Below, piece by piece: positions 7,842-17,669 of a stretch of 64,000 nucleotides of DNA (positions are counted from its first letter, which is position 1; each line of letters starts with the position of its first letter). Position numbers and translations under genes: made by a program. Source of the stretch: Candidatus Omnitrophota bacterium. GTDB lineage: Bacteria; Omnitrophota; Gorgyraeia; Gygaellales; Profunditerraquicolaceae. Location of the stretch: positions 478,928 to 542,927 of the forward strand of contig JBAZUE010000001.1 in assembly GCA_041661605.1 (NCBI GenBank). Reading direction: 5' to 3'. The notes under the pieces are model-generated. The model saw only the letters and a list, made by a program, of their open reading frames with translations, had not been told where the DNA came from and ran no database searches.

Positions 7842-8726
7842 TTAATGAAGCTTGCCGACTTGGACAATTTTATTATTCTCTCCTATTGTAACCGAGGCCT
7901 CTTTGGTAATCACAGGCCCCCTGCCCATTCCTGCGTCTGTAAGCGCTTTACCAAGATCAACGGTTATTACCAGATCATAATCTCCGGCAGGGATTTCATC
8001 TTTCCAGACACCCAATAAACTTCCCTTACCGCCCGGGAAAGTATAGACATTATTAAAAGCCCCCCGGGCGCTGACTATCCCGTCGCTATTCATAAGGCTG
8101 AAACTACCAGAAGTAGTTATGTCTGTATTGCCGGTATTTTCAAAATCCAGGGTTATATCCAAACCATCTTTTGCGTCTTTTGAAGGCTGAATATTTAAAT
8201 TGCCTATTTCAGCTCTCCTTGAGACCGTCCCCTTTACTTCGACATAAAATAAAGTAGCCACCCTGACATTAACATCCAGCCCCGCGGAACGGCCGGAGTC
8301 CGCCAGAGAACCTTTCCCTATTGCTGTCTCAAAAAACAAGGTAGCAAAACGCGCTCCGGTAGCATCAGAAGGGATATTGACTGAATAGCTTATCCTTTGT
8401 TTCCCGAATGCCGGCATAGTTACCTCTGCCGGAGAAAAGGTTATCCATGAACAAGCTGAAGCAGGAGTTGAGCCGGCAGGAAGAAACTCCTTGGCCCCTT
8501 CTCCTCCAGGCAAATAATACCAATCCTCAAGATAAAGCCGCATGCTTTTACTTTCATCAGTCGGATTATCAAGCATAATTTCTCCGAATGCACGTTCTCC
8601 GGGAGCTGCCACAACCCTGATTTTTGACTGATTCATAAAAGGCAACTTATCCGCCTGGGCAACAGAAACAAAAAGGCTGCCCATAAGAAATAAACAAGTA
8701 CTTATAAGACGCATTAATGATAACAA
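7842..8726 (-). CDS. periplasmic two-domain Ig-like protein, PapD-like chaperone candidate
   Basis: TTG start with SD AAGGGGG. Signal peptide ..LFVSVAQA|DK. IRVVAAPGERAFGEIMLDNPTDESKSMRLYLEDW resembles the first strands of fimbrial chaperones (RV.y......sl.l.N......l.Q.W). ITFSPAEVTMPAFGKQRISYSV resembles the chaperone l.vtPPlfrl.pg..q..Ri pattern. A second beta-sandwich domain follows at the C-terminus. Confidence 0.4.
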   Translation of the reverse strand: MLSLMRLISTCLFLMGSLFVSVAQADKLPFMNQSKIRVVAAPGERAFGEIMLDNPTDESKSMRLYLEDWYYLPGGEGAKEFLPAGSTPASACSWITFSPAEVTMPAFGKQRISYSVNIPSDATGARFATLFFETAIGKGSLADSGRSAGLDVNVRVATLFYVEVKGTVSRRAEIGNLNIQPSKDAKDGLDITLDFENTGNTDITTSGSFSLMNSDGIVSARGAFNNVYTFPGGKGSLLGVWKDEIPAGDYDLVITVDLGKALTDAGMGRGPVITKEASVTIGENNKIVQVGKLH

Positions 8727-8767
8727 AATACCCCCTTTTGCAATACTTAAGCCTGACTGCTGATTGA

Positions 8768-9349
8768 TTACGGCGTAAGTGTAATGGTGACAGAACCAAT
8801 ATATGTGCCTGCCGGTGTATCCAGGCCGATCGGCGTTACTCCCGTAGCATCTTTACCTGCTTCTCCAGTGCCGATTCCGTAATATATACGCAACCAGCCG
8901 CCGGATAACTGCGTCTTGGTGTAAGCAATATTCTGGCTGTTTCCAAAACTATACTTAGCTAACTCAGTACTGACAGTGCTGCTGGTTTGCTTATTGAAAG
9001 AAACATTGACCTTACCGTTTAAATTATTAGTCGCATCCTTCTGAAGCGACACGCGTGTATGCGTCAAGGTCCAGACAGTGCCGGAATTATCTGTTACCCC
9101 GACATCCACAGCATAATAACTTGCAGGTAAAAATATCTTGTTTATGCTGTCCCAGGTCAAGGTACCAAAACTAATTGTTGAAGCAGTGGTCCAGACAGTG
9201 CCGGTAACTTTACTGACAGTAACAGTTAATCCCCCGGTCATGGTAGGGACAGTGGCATTAACAGTAACAGTCTGGCTTGCCGCAGCCCAGGCGCTTGTCG
9301 TACAAAAAACAGCAGCCACAAGAACCATAGAAATAAATATGTTCTTCAT
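8768..9349 (-). CDS. secreted single-domain fibre subunit candidate (pilin-like)
   Basis: The track ORF extends to 9403. ATG 9349 has SD GGAGGTGA. Signal peptide MKNIFISMVLVAAVFCTTSAWA|AAS. The protein is T/S/G/V-rich and all-beta. The C-terminus PAGTYIGSVTITLTP resembles the terminal strand of SCPU/Csu-type and other fimbrial subunits (aGtY.g..t.tv). Confidence 0.5.
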   Translation of the reverse strand: MKNIFISMVLVAAVFCTTSAWAAASQTVTVNATVPTMTGGLTVTVSKVTGTVWTTASTISFGTLTWDSINKIFLPASYYAVDVGVTDNSGTVWTLTHTRVSLQKDATNNLNGKVNVSFNKQTSSTVSTELAKYSFGNSQNIAYTKTQLSGGWLRIYYGIGTGEAGKDATGVTPIGLDTPAGTYIGSVTITLTP

Positions 9350-9418
9350 TTTTATCACCTCCTTTATTGATTTTTCCATTTTACAATTATTATTCTCAAA
9401 CATCCCGATCCCTCCTCC

Positions 9419-10852
9419 TTAAATTTCGGTTAATGTATAAGTTATCCGCGATGAATAGTTGCCCGCGCCTAAATCAGGCGGGCAAATTAATTCATAGATT
9501 ATTTTAAATTTATCTGCAGAGCCATATGAATCAGAAATAAATAAAAGCTGGCTGCCTTTTTTTACCGGCTCTTTACCAGGAATCCTCAAACTACCTTTAG
9601 TTTTATCCACCGGAAGGGTCTGCAAAGAAAAGTTTTTAGAGGGGATCTTGTCCCCACGGTCATTCACCAATTCCGAAAGGACGTTTTGCGTTACCTGGTA
9701 TGGCCGGCCGAGGTTCGATCTTACTTCAATGAGCACCTCATTTAAACGCGGCCCATCGCTGGGTTTTATATTCACGAAATCAATATTATAACGTTGATCC
9801 TGGGGGGAAATATAAATCTCAAAGATACGCTCCTGCCTGATCTCTAAATCCAGGCCCCCCAAATTTATCTGCTTGCCCGCGGATTCCAGAAGATACTGGA
9901 TACGCGAATGATAATTACCCGCTACCAGGCTTAATGGATCAGCTAAAGAATACGCAATTATAAAAACCTTATCCGCGCTGCCATCAGGCCGCGAAGAATA
10001 TATTGTCTGGATATTGCCTGAAACCGGAACCGGCTGATTTATGGCCACCCCCTTCTGGGCATCAGGGACACTAAAAAGAAGGTTGTTATTGCTGATAAAT
10101 TTTCCCTCCTGGGATTGAACCGACTTTGAGAGCATTTGCATGATCCTAAACGGACCGCTAAAAGAACTGTTAATTGTAACTACCGCCTTGGCTGATCCAC
10201 GAATATCATTAGTATCCGAAGGATTAATTATAATAGAGCCTGCTCCTTCTGCCGGGGCAACAGAAACCGACAAAGAGCCGCCATCATTGGAAATAAACAC
10301 ATATATCTCAATAATTTTGGTTACCGGGAGAGCAGATGAACCGATTGGGTTTAAAACCAAGCTAATCCTTCCGGTATAATATCCAGGAGCCAACTCCTGT
10401 GTATTTTTAATGGCATATACCAAAGTAAATGAATCGGCTGTTCCGGCGGGATTGGAGACATAGATAAGCTCATCATTCCTTACTACGATATCTCCGGGAG
10501 GAATACGTAAATCGCCGAATCTATTCGAACCGCGAAACCCCCTGACTACAAAATTATCCCTTATGGTAACCGAGGGATTGTCACGGTTCCGCAAAGGGCT
10601 TTCAATACGCTGGCGTATCTCATAACGATTATTAACCGTATCATTTGAAGTCGTAAATGTTATCCCGCGCGAAAAATTGTTCCGGTCAAACTCAAGCCGG
10701 CTTCCACCTTGATCAAGTATGAAGTTCAAATCAAATATGGCAAAGGCTTCCTGGCAGAAAATTCCGGAAGCTGCCAACGTAAGAATAAAGATAACTGCCG
10801 CAAATAATTTTTTCATTTTCATTATTGTAACATTTTTTAGCTTAAATTTCAA
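9419..10852 (-). CDS. secreted three-domain fibre/tip subunit candidate
   Basis: Signal peptide ..LAASGIFCQEAFA|IF. Contains three tandem domains of about 140 aa, each ending in G(T/S)AD..(F/V)..(I/V)Y........(A/P)G.Y..RI...L. The three endings are NPAGTADSFTLVYAI..LAPGYYTGRISLVL, RPDGSADKVFIIAYSL..LVAGNYHSRIQYLL and DSYGSADKFKIIYEL..LGAGNYSSRITYTL. The start is uncertain (TTG 10852, ATG 10822 or ATG 10816). Confidence 0.5.
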   Translation of the reverse strand: MKFKLKNVTIMKMKKLFAAVIFILTLAASGIFCQEAFAIFDLNFILDQGGSRLEFDRNNFSRGITFTTSNDTVNNRYEIRQRIESPLRNRDNPSVTIRDNFVVRGFRGSNRFGDLRIPPGDIVVRNDELIYVSNPAGTADSFTLVYAIKNTQELAPGYYTGRISLVLNPIGSSALPVTKIIEIYVFISNDGGSLSVSVAPAEGAGSIIINPSDTNDIRGSAKAVVTINSSFSGPFRIMQMLSKSVQSQEGKFISNNNLLFSVPDAQKGVAINQPVPVSGNIQTIYSSRPDGSADKVFIIAYSLADPLSLVAGNYHSRIQYLLESAGKQINLGGLDLEIRQERIFEIYISPQDQRYNIDFVNIKPSDGPRLNEVLIEVRSNLGRPYQVTQNVLSELVNDRGDKIPSKNFSLQTLPVDKTKGSLRIPGKEPVKKGSQLLFISDSYGSADKFKIIYELICPPDLGAGNYSSRITYTLTEI

Positions 10853-10858
10853 TAAAAC

Positions 10859-10894
10859 AAAAAACCGGACAAACCCATATTAGGTTTTATCCGG
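10859..10894 (-). terminator. intrinsic terminator inside the 5' leader of the fibre operon (attenuator candidate)
   Basis: On the minus strand, CCGGAUAAAACC-uaauau-GGGUUUGUCCGG (11 of 12 pairs) is followed by UUUUUUGUUUU and ends about 7 nt before TTG 10852. Confidence 0.6.
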
Positions 10895-10965
10895 TTAGAT
10901 CACATGGCTCCTTTACTCCTCCAAGCAAAGGATCCCGAATATATTACTTTCACTTGTGTGTTATA

Positions 10966-10994
10966 AATTTAACACTATTTTGGCTATTCGTCAA
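10966..10994 (-). promoter_or_regulatory. sigma70-type promoter candidate for the fibre operon
   Basis: On the minus strand: TTGACG (10994-10989), 17-nt spacer, TAAATT (10971-10966). Confidence 0.4.
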
Positions 10995-11029
10995 GATGAA
11001 TTTTGGGCAAAAAGGAAAGCGCTTTCATA

Positions 11030-11809
11030 TTAGAAATCCAGCTTCATACCGTCATAAGCGGCAATTACCTCTACCCCTAATTCTTTGGATAATTTTTCCG
11101 CCTGCTTTAAGGGATTCGCCTTAAGCATCGTCATACCAAAGTGGGTAAGCACGGCTTTTCCGGGTTTCAGCGTGCTGATAATCATCCCCGCTTCATTCAG
11201 ACTAAGATGGTCAATGCCCTGACGCGGTTCATAAAATACCACCGCGATAATCAGGACATCTGTCTTATAAAAATCGGCTAATTCCGGAAAATACCTGGTG
11301 TCAGAAATCAAACCAACAGTCGTCTTTCCAATTTTAAACTTCAAGCCATAAGTTTCACATGGATGGATATGACGCATAGAAGTAAGAAAACTAAAATCCC
11401 CTACCCGGTAATTATGGTTTGCCTTGATAATCTGTATCTTTTTAGGAAAGTTGGCCGCATGCCTGAGGATAACCGAATCATTACCAACCGCATCAGAGGG
11501 GCAAAAGACTATCCCCCTTTTCTTAAATCCGCCTTCAGTCATTGCCTCAATCATTACGTTTATATCATTGGCATGGTCTAAGTGACGGTGAGTCAAGATA
11601 ATAGCATCCAGCTTTCCCGGATCAAGCCTTGGCCGGCTTGAGGCGCAGCGCACAATGCTTCCCGGACCGGGATCAATCAGGATATTAGTCAGGCCGGAAG
11701 AAACCCACAAGCCTCCGGAAGCGCGCAGCTGCTTAATCATAACAAAACGCGCCCCTGCAGTACCCAGAAATTTAATATAATTTTCTTTCTCCTGCCTTAC
11801 TCCAACCAT
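11030..11809 (-). CDS. MBL-fold metallo-hydrolase
   Basis: THRHLDHANDI (HxHxDH motif), 259 aa. Confidence 0.8.
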   Translation of the reverse strand: MVGVRQEKENYIKFLGTAGARFVMIKQLRASGGLWVSSGLTNILIDPGPGSIVRCASSRPRLDPGKLDAIILTHRHLDHANDINVMIEAMTEGGFKKRGIVFCPSDAVGNDSVILRHAANFPKKIQIIKANHNYRVGDFSFLTSMRHIHPCETYGLKFKIGKTTVGLISDTRYFPELADFYKTDVLIIAVVFYEPRQGIDHLSLNEAGMIISTLKPGKAVLTHFGMTMLKANPLKQAEKLSKELGVEVIAAYDGMKLDF

Positions 11810-12285
11810 TTCTTCTTAAGTTCCGCGTTAATTGCCTGTATTTGAGAATAAGGGATTGTTTTTTCTTCTTTTTCCCGACGCAAGGAATCAAGCGCCCTCC
11901 CGATCTTACTGCCGCAGATAAACTCTTCTACCGGACAAACCCGAGCTTTTAAAAACCTGACAGCCATTTGTACGCCCTTATCATCCGAAACTACAACGAT
12001 ATTTCCGGGATTGCCGGATTCCTCAACCAATCTTTTTATCAACTCATCCGCCTCAATCATGCGCGAAAACAGACAGAGCAGGCCATCCTCTTCAGGAACC
12101 TGCCCCCTGGCAGGAGGATAACCATCAAAAACAAGAATAACCCTGTTCTTGGGGCTTCCGGACAATCTATTTAATTTTATAAATTCTGCAAGTGAATTTT
12201 GGATGTTTGAGTGAACTTTTGCGCCTGGTTTAAACCGGGGATGATTGATTAGGTTGTATGCGTCGATGATGTACTGTAAAGACAT
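11797..12285 (-). CDS. NYN/YacP-like RNA-binding nuclease domain protein
   Basis: ATG 12285 with SD GGAGGGG. MSLQYIIDAYNLINH...RVILVFDGYPP...IVVVSDDKGVQ matches the YacP/Rae1-like NYN pattern. The track ORF starts at 12309. Confidence 0.6.
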   Translation of the reverse strand: MSLQYIIDAYNLINHPRFKPGAKVHSNIQNSLAEFIKLNRLSGSPKNRVILVFDGYPPARGQVPEEDGLLCLFSRMIEADELIKRLVEESGNPGNIVVVSDDKGVQMAVRFLKARVCPVEEFICGSKIGRALDSLRREKEEKTIPYSQIQAINAELKKKWLE

Positions 12286-13216
12286 AAATAACCCCTCCAA
12301 TAGCTGCATAAAAAACCATGGAAGAAAATGATAAAAGAGACATGGCCAGGGCTAATTGTTTTATTACTCCGGCCTTGGCAAAATAAACTACGAATAAGCC
12401 TTCCCTCAACCCCAAGCCTCCTATAGAAATTGGAAGCAATGTAATCGCGCTGATTATCGGCAAGAAAATAAGAAAATAGCTGAACTTTATTTTTACGCCT
12501 AAAGAAAGCCCGATCAAATACACGCTTAGGGGAAAGATTATCTGGATGATAAAAGAAAGAATCAAGTTAGCGATAATTATATTCTTCTGATTACGGAAAA
12601 CGTGGATTTCCCGGTGCATATCCTTAATCATCTCCCTTATCTTTCCTGCGCCAGGCACAGACAAGAATCTGGTTATTCTGGCATATATGAAACTATTGAA
12701 TAGCAACAAAAGGATAACCACCAGCAAAGTTGTGATTATTGCGACAGAAAAGAAAACTATTTTATCGCTTATAATCGTGCCACCCAATACAACAGCAATC
12801 AAGACTATAATCACCAAACCTATATAGCCGCTCAATCTATCCAAAAAAACCGTAGCGATAACCTGCTTGGCTTTCTGGGTATGCGAAACAATGTCCGCCG
12901 TCCTTACCAGGTCTCCTCCAATAGTAGAGGGAAGAAAAATACTAAAAAAAATACCCCCGCAAAAAGAACTGATTAGTTTTTTTAAGGGAGCATTGATCCC
13001 GGCAGCTTTAACCAGCATCTGCCAGCGCCAGAAGCCAAGAACATAACTCAGAGAAAAAATTAAGAAACCCAGGGCTAATAATAATCTGTCCGCGCCCTTT
13101 ATGTCATTTACTAAAACAACAAGATCAATCTTGTTTAGTTTAAACAAGAGTACCAGAAACGCTGCGCTAATAACGATTCTTAATAAAAAGGATAACGCTT
13201 TTTTAAATCCGGACAT
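12230..13216 (-). CDS. flippase-like (UPF0104 / lysyl-PG synthase TM region-like) membrane protein
   Basis: 328 aa with about 8 TM helices. The motif GGDLVRTADI is typical of the family. Confidence 0.6.
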   Translation of the reverse strand: MSGFKKALSFLLRIVISAAFLVLLFKLNKIDLVVLVNDIKGADRLLLALGFLIFSLSYVLGFWRWQMLVKAAGINAPLKKLISSFCGGIFFSIFLPSTIGGDLVRTADIVSHTQKAKQVIATVFLDRLSGYIGLVIIVLIAVVLGGTIISDKIVFFSVAIITTLLVVILLLLFNSFIYARITRFLSVPGAGKIREMIKDMHREIHVFRNQKNIIIANLILSFIIQIIFPLSVYLIGLSLGVKIKFSYFLIFLPIISAITLLPISIGGLGLREGLFVVYFAKAGVIKQLALAMSLLSFSSMVFYAAIGGVIYVFTVHHRRIQPNQSSPV

Positions 13217-13218
13217 TT

Positions 13219-14112
13219 CTATTTAAGTTCCTTAGCGGTTAATTTACGATAGGCTTCCAGGTATTTTTCTGTTGTCCTGGAAATTATTTCTTCAGGCAGC
13301 GTAGGCGCAGGAGCTTCCTTATTCCAATCCAGGGTTTCCAAATAGTCCCGCACAAATTGCTTATCAAAACTCGGCTGGGGCCTGCCTGGCTGGTATTGCT
13401 CAAGCGGCCAGAAGCGCGATGAGTCGGGGGTAAGGACTTCATCAATAATAATCATCCGGTTATTATAAATTCCAAATTCAAACTTTGTATCCGCGATAAT
13501 AATCCCTTTTTGCAGGGCATAATCCCTTGCGTGTTCATAAACTTCTATGCTTGTTTTCTTCAAGTTATCGGCCATATCCCGGCCCAAGAGGCTTTCAACG
13601 TACTTCTGATTTACATTCTCATCATGGCCTGCATCCGCTTTAGTCGAAGGGGTAAATATAACTTCCGGAAGCTTATCTGACTCCCTTAACCCCGCGGGCA
13701 AATTTATTCCGCAAACTGACTGTTTTTGCTTATACTCTTTCCAGCCTGAACCGGAAAGATACCCCCTTACCACGCACTCAACCGGCAGGGGTTTAGTTTT
13801 TAGAACCAACATTGAACGGCCGGCTAAATCATTTTTATATTTCTTCAGCTCAGGCGGATATTTTTCCACATCCGGGGTTACCAAGTGATGCGCGATTATA
13901 TGCTTAATAAAATCAAACCAGAAAACGGATATACGGGTTAAGACCTCACCCTTATACGGTATAGCGCAAGGCAGGACCACATCAAAACAAGATATGCGGT
14001 CGGTAGAAACAATTAAAAGCTTATCCCCCAAATCATAAACATCCCTGACCTTGCCTCTGCGAAAAAGCTTGAGATCACTAAATTCTGTTTTTAACAAAAC
14101 ATTACTTCTCAT
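13219..14112 (-). CDS. purC: phosphoribosylaminoimidazole-succinocarboxamide (SAICAR) synthase
   Basis: [32 protein letters not shown] and [10 protein letters not shown] motifs, 297 aa. Confidence 0.9.
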   Translation of the reverse strand: MRSNVLLKTEFSDLKLFRRGKVRDVYDLGDKLLIVSTDRISCFDVVLPCAIPYKGEVLTRISVFWFDFIKHIIAHHLVTPDVEKYPPELKKYKNDLAGRSMLVLKTKPLPVECVVRGYLSGSGWKEYKQKQSVCGINLPAGLRESDKLPEVIFTPSTKADAGHDENVNQKYVESLLGRDMADNLKKTSIEVYEHARDYALQKGIIIADTKFEFGIYNNRMIIIDEVLTPDSSRFWPLEQYQPGRPQPSFDKQFVRDYLETLDWNKEAPAPTLPEEIISRTTEKYLEAYRKLTAKELK

Positions 14113-15898
14113 ATTTCTTTAATCTTTCCATCAATGCGTTGTATTCATCCCAAAGCTCTTTTGGCAGGTCCTTTTTAAAATCCCCAAAGAATTTATTTAC
14201 CCCCTTTAATTCATCGAGCCACTCGGTCTTTTCAACCTTAAGCAGCTTCTCCAATGCTTTGTCCGGAAGAGTTAACCCGGTCATATCAATATCAAAAGGA
14301 TACGGCAGATAGCCAATAGGAGTTTCCATGGCATTTACCTTATTATTGCAGCGGTCTATTATCCATTCCAGTATCCTCAAATTATCGCAAAAACCCGGCC
14401 AGAGGAATTTACCGTGCTCATCTGTCTTAAACCAATTAACATGAAATATCTTAGGCGGCTTGGCCATAAGCTTGCCCATATTTAACCAATGTTTAAAATA
14501 ATCCGCCATATTATAGCCGCAAAAAGGCAACATAGCCATGGGATCCCTGCGTACCTGACCCAGCTTGCCTACCTGGGCAGCGGTCAACTCAGAGCCCATA
14601 GTCGCCCCCACAAATACTCCATGCTGCCAGTTAAATGATTGATATACCAGCGGAGCTACATGCTGACGCCTGCCGCCAAAAATTATCGCTGAAATCGGCA
14701 CCCCATGGTGCTGCTCCAACCTAAAGGAAGCCGAAGGGCAATTCACAATAGGAGCGGTAAACCGAGCATTTGCGTGCGCCCCCTTAATTATATTGCCTTG
14801 CGCATCCTTCATATTCGGCTTCCAGGGATTACCCTTCCAATCTATACCCTGATTAGGAATTTCTCCGTCTGCGCCCTCCCACCAAACAGTATTATCCGGT
14901 TTTAGAAGCACATTTGTATAGATAGTATCCTTCTTGATTGTCTCTATCATATTAGGGTTGGACTTAGAATTCGTGCCAGGGGCTACCCCGAAAAATCCTG
15001 TTTCGGGATTGACTGCCCATAGTGAACCGTCTGAATCAACGCGCATCCAGGAAATATCATCGCCTAATGTCCAGATACGGTAACCTTTCTGCTTAAGCCC
15101 TTCCGGAGGCACAGACATCGCCAGGTTTGTCTTACCACAGGCGCTGGGAAAAGCCGCGGCAATATATTCAACATGCCCGTTAGGTTCCTCAATACCCATA
15201 ATCAGCATATGCTCAGCCATCCATTTTTCTTTCCGGGCGACATAGCTGGCAATACGCAAAGAGAGGCATTTTTTACCCAGGAGAACATTTCCTCCATAGC
15301 CTGAACCTACGCTCCAGATGGTATTGTCTTCCGGAAAATGCAAAATCAATCTTTTATTGATATCCAACTGGGCTTTTGAATGCAGACATTTAGTAAAATC
15401 ACCCTCTTTCTCCAAATGATTTAATACGGCTTGGCCGCAGCGGGCCATAATTAACATATTCAACACAACATAACGCGAATCTGTCAATTCCACGCCGATT
15501 TTGCTAAAAGGCGAACCTACCGGCCCCATGGAAAACGGAATTACGTACATGGTCCTTGCCGCCATAGACCCCTTAAATATAGATCTTGCCTTCTGATAAG
15601 CCTTGACCGGAGCCATCCAATTATTATTCGGACCGGCATCATGTTTTTTCTTAGTACAAATAAAAGTTAAATGTTCTGTGCGCGAAACATCATCATGGGC
15701 AGTGCGATGAAGGAAACAACCCGGTAATTTATCCTTATTTAAACGCAGCAATTCTCCCGAAGCAACGCATTCTTTCTCGAGAAATATTTTCTGCTCCTCG
15801 GAGCCGTCAATCCAGACAATGCGCTCAGGGCCGCAGAGTTTAGCCATCTTAACTACCCAATCAGTCAATTTCTTATTAGACGTAGGAAAGCTTTTCAT
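14102..15898 (-). CDS. pckG: phosphoenolpyruvate carboxykinase (GTP)
   Basis: 598 aa. Motifs [19 protein letters not shown] (P-loop) and FGGRR are typical of GTP-PEPCK. Confidence 0.9.
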   Translation of the reverse strand: MKSFPTSNKKLTDWVVKMAKLCGPERIVWIDGSEEQKIFLEKECVASGELLRLNKDKLPGCFLHRTAHDDVSRTEHLTFICTKKKHDAGPNNNWMAPVKAYQKARSIFKGSMAARTMYVIPFSMGPVGSPFSKIGVELTDSRYVVLNMLIMARCGQAVLNHLEKEGDFTKCLHSKAQLDINKRLILHFPEDNTIWSVGSGYGGNVLLGKKCLSLRIASYVARKEKWMAEHMLIMGIEEPNGHVEYIAAAFPSACGKTNLAMSVPPEGLKQKGYRIWTLGDDISWMRVDSDGSLWAVNPETGFFGVAPGTNSKSNPNMIETIKKDTIYTNVLLKPDNTVWWEGADGEIPNQGIDWKGNPWKPNMKDAQGNIIKGAHANARFTAPIVNCPSASFRLEQHHGVPISAIIFGGRRQHVAPLVYQSFNWQHGVFVGATMGSELTAAQVGKLGQVRRDPMAMLPFCGYNMADYFKHWLNMGKLMAKPPKIFHVNWFKTDEHGKFLWPGFCDNLRILEWIIDRCNNKVNAMETPIGYLPYPFDIDMTGLTLPDKALEKLLKVEKTEWLDELKGVNKFFGDFKKDLPKELWDEYNALMERLKKYEK

Positions 15899-16813
15899 CT
15901 ACCTGCTCCTATCCGCAATAAATTTGTACGCAGAATCAGCTGCCACTGCCCCATCCCCACAGGCGTTTATCACCTGGTATAAACTCTTCTTACGGCAATC
16001 TCCGCAGGCAAATACGCCTTCAACTGAAGTAGTCATAGATTCGTTTGAGATAATAAAACCGGCTTCATCCATCTGCAGCTTGCCTTTTAAAAATACCGTC
16101 TCAGGATCATAACCAATATAAATAAAGACGCCATCACATGCAAAATCGCTTTCTTTAGCGGATAACAAGTCTTTTATCCTTACTGCCTCAACTTTTTTAG
16201 TCCCTTTAATTTCGGTAACCAGGCTGCTTAAAATAAAACTGATTTTCTTATCCTGCCGCATCTTTTCCTGTAATATTTCTGAAGCACGCAAATCCTGGCG
16301 GCGGTGGATTATATTTACTGAACTGGCAAAGCGGCTAAGATATATTGCCTCTTCAGCAACCGCATTGCCGCCTCCAACAAGAACCACCTTTTTCCCTTTG
16401 TAAAAAGGAGCGTCGCAGGTAGCGCAATAAGAAACCCCACGGCCGGTATACTCTTTTTCCCCGGGAACATTTAATTTACGCGGATGCGCCCCGCTGGCAA
16501 TAATAACCGCACGAGCCGCATATGTACCGCTTGAGGCCGTAATTGTCTTTTTTTCACAATCTAAATCTAATACTTCATCACTTTGGATCTTTACGCCTAA
16601 TTCTTTTACCTGCTGTTCCATGCGGCTGATCAATTCAACCGTAGATATACCGCCAGGGAAACCCGGGTAATTCTCAATACTCTCGCTCATCAGGATCCTG
16701 CCGCCGGGAGCCATCTTCTCGATTAAAAGCGTCTCTAACCGGCTGCGGCCGGCATATAAAGCTGCGGTAAGCCCTGCAGGACCAGCTCCGACAATAATTA
16801 AATCATATATCAT
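15899..16813 (-). CDS. trxB: thioredoxin-disulfide reductase
   Basis: [15 protein letters not shown] (FAD binding), redox CATCDAPFY, GGGNAVAEEA (NADPH binding). Confidence 0.9.
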   Translation of the reverse strand: MIYDLIIVGAGPAGLTAALYAGRSRLETLLIEKMAPGGRILMSESIENYPGFPGGISTVELISRMEQQVKELGVKIQSDEVLDLDCEKKTITASSGTYAARAVIIASGAHPRKLNVPGEKEYTGRGVSYCATCDAPFYKGKKVVLVGGGNAVAEEAIYLSRFASSVNIIHRRQDLRASEILQEKMRQDKKISFILSSLVTEIKGTKKVEAVRIKDLLSAKESDFACDGVFIYIGYDPETVFLKGKLQMDEAGFIISNESMTTSVEGVFACGDCRKKSLYQVINACGDGAVAADSAYKFIADRSR

Positions 16814-16825
16814 TTAATAACCTCG

Positions 16826-17344
16826 TTAAAGCTGCAATTTAGCGGCCTTTGCGTTTTTCTTTAATACCGCCAATTTCCTTTTGATTCTCAACTTCTCCAG
16901 GAATGATGTGTAATCAATTATCAGTTTTCCTTCTAAATGGTCGATCTCATGCTGCAAAACACAAGCAAAGAGGTCTTTGGCTTCTATTTTCAGCGGCCGG
17001 TTATTTTCATCAAGCGCCTCAACCCAAACTTGCTTTGAACGCCTTACCTTGATACATATTCCCGGTACACTAAGGCAACCCTCCTGGATAGCTTGAGAGC
17101 CCTGGCGCTTTACAATTTTAGGATTGGCCAGTTTATAAAGGCCCTCTCCTATATCTACCACAATTAACCGCGTGCTTATGCCAATCTGCGGAGCGGCTAA
17201 GCCGATCCCGGAGCTCCCATACATAGACTCCGCCATTAAATTCAGAATCCTGCGGTGTTCAGCAGTAACCTCTTTGGCCGGTTTCGCTTTCTTCCTTAAT
17301 ACAGGATCCCCTAATATTCTAACCTTTAATCTGGTTTCTGGCAT
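16826..17344 (-). CDS. def: peptide deformylase
   Basis: GIGLAAPQIG, EGCLSVPG and HEIDHLEG motifs. Confidence 0.95.
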   Translation of the reverse strand: MPETRLKVRILGDPVLRKKAKPAKEVTAEHRRILNLMAESMYGSSGIGLAAPQIGISTRLIVVDIGEGLYKLANPKIVKRQGSQAIQEGCLSVPGICIKVRRSKQVWVEALDENNRPLKIEAKDLFACVLQHEIDHLEGKLIIDYTSFLEKLRIKRKLAVLKKNAKAAKLQL

Positions 17345-17669
17345 TTACTTTTATGACTTTTGGTTTAATTTTATTTGCCGGGCCATCCTCAAGTAAAACG
17401 TAAGAAACAATAATCACCTGGTCTCCGACACAAGCCCCCCGGGCAGCCGGGCCATTCAAACAAACCACTCCGCTTCCGGGCTTACCTTTAATCACATAAG
17501 TTTCAATACGCTGCCCATTACTGAGATTAAGTACCTCGACTTTTTCATACTCCAGCATATCTGCAGCCTGGATCAGGCGAGCATCAATGGTAATGCTCCC
17601 TTCATAGTAAAGGTTGGCTTCAGTTACCGTTGCCCTGTGAATTTTAGATTTTAACATCGTCCTTAACAT
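17319..17669 (-). CDS. panD: aspartate 1-decarboxylase
   Basis: MLRTMLKSKIHRATVTEANLYYEGSITID, including the Gly-Ser self-cleavage site. Confidence 0.9.
   Translation of the reverse strand: MLRTMLKSKIHRATVTEANLYYEGSITIDARLIQAADMLEYEKVEVLNLSNGQRIETYVIKGKPGSGVVCLNGPAARGACVGDQVIIVSYVLLEDGPANKIKPKVIKVNARNQIKG

Noticed and set aside
17319-17344. 26-nt overlap between panD and def as a possible frameshift or fusion
   Set aside because: Both proteins have complete, canonical termini. The overlap is consistent with the tight translational coupling seen throughout the window.
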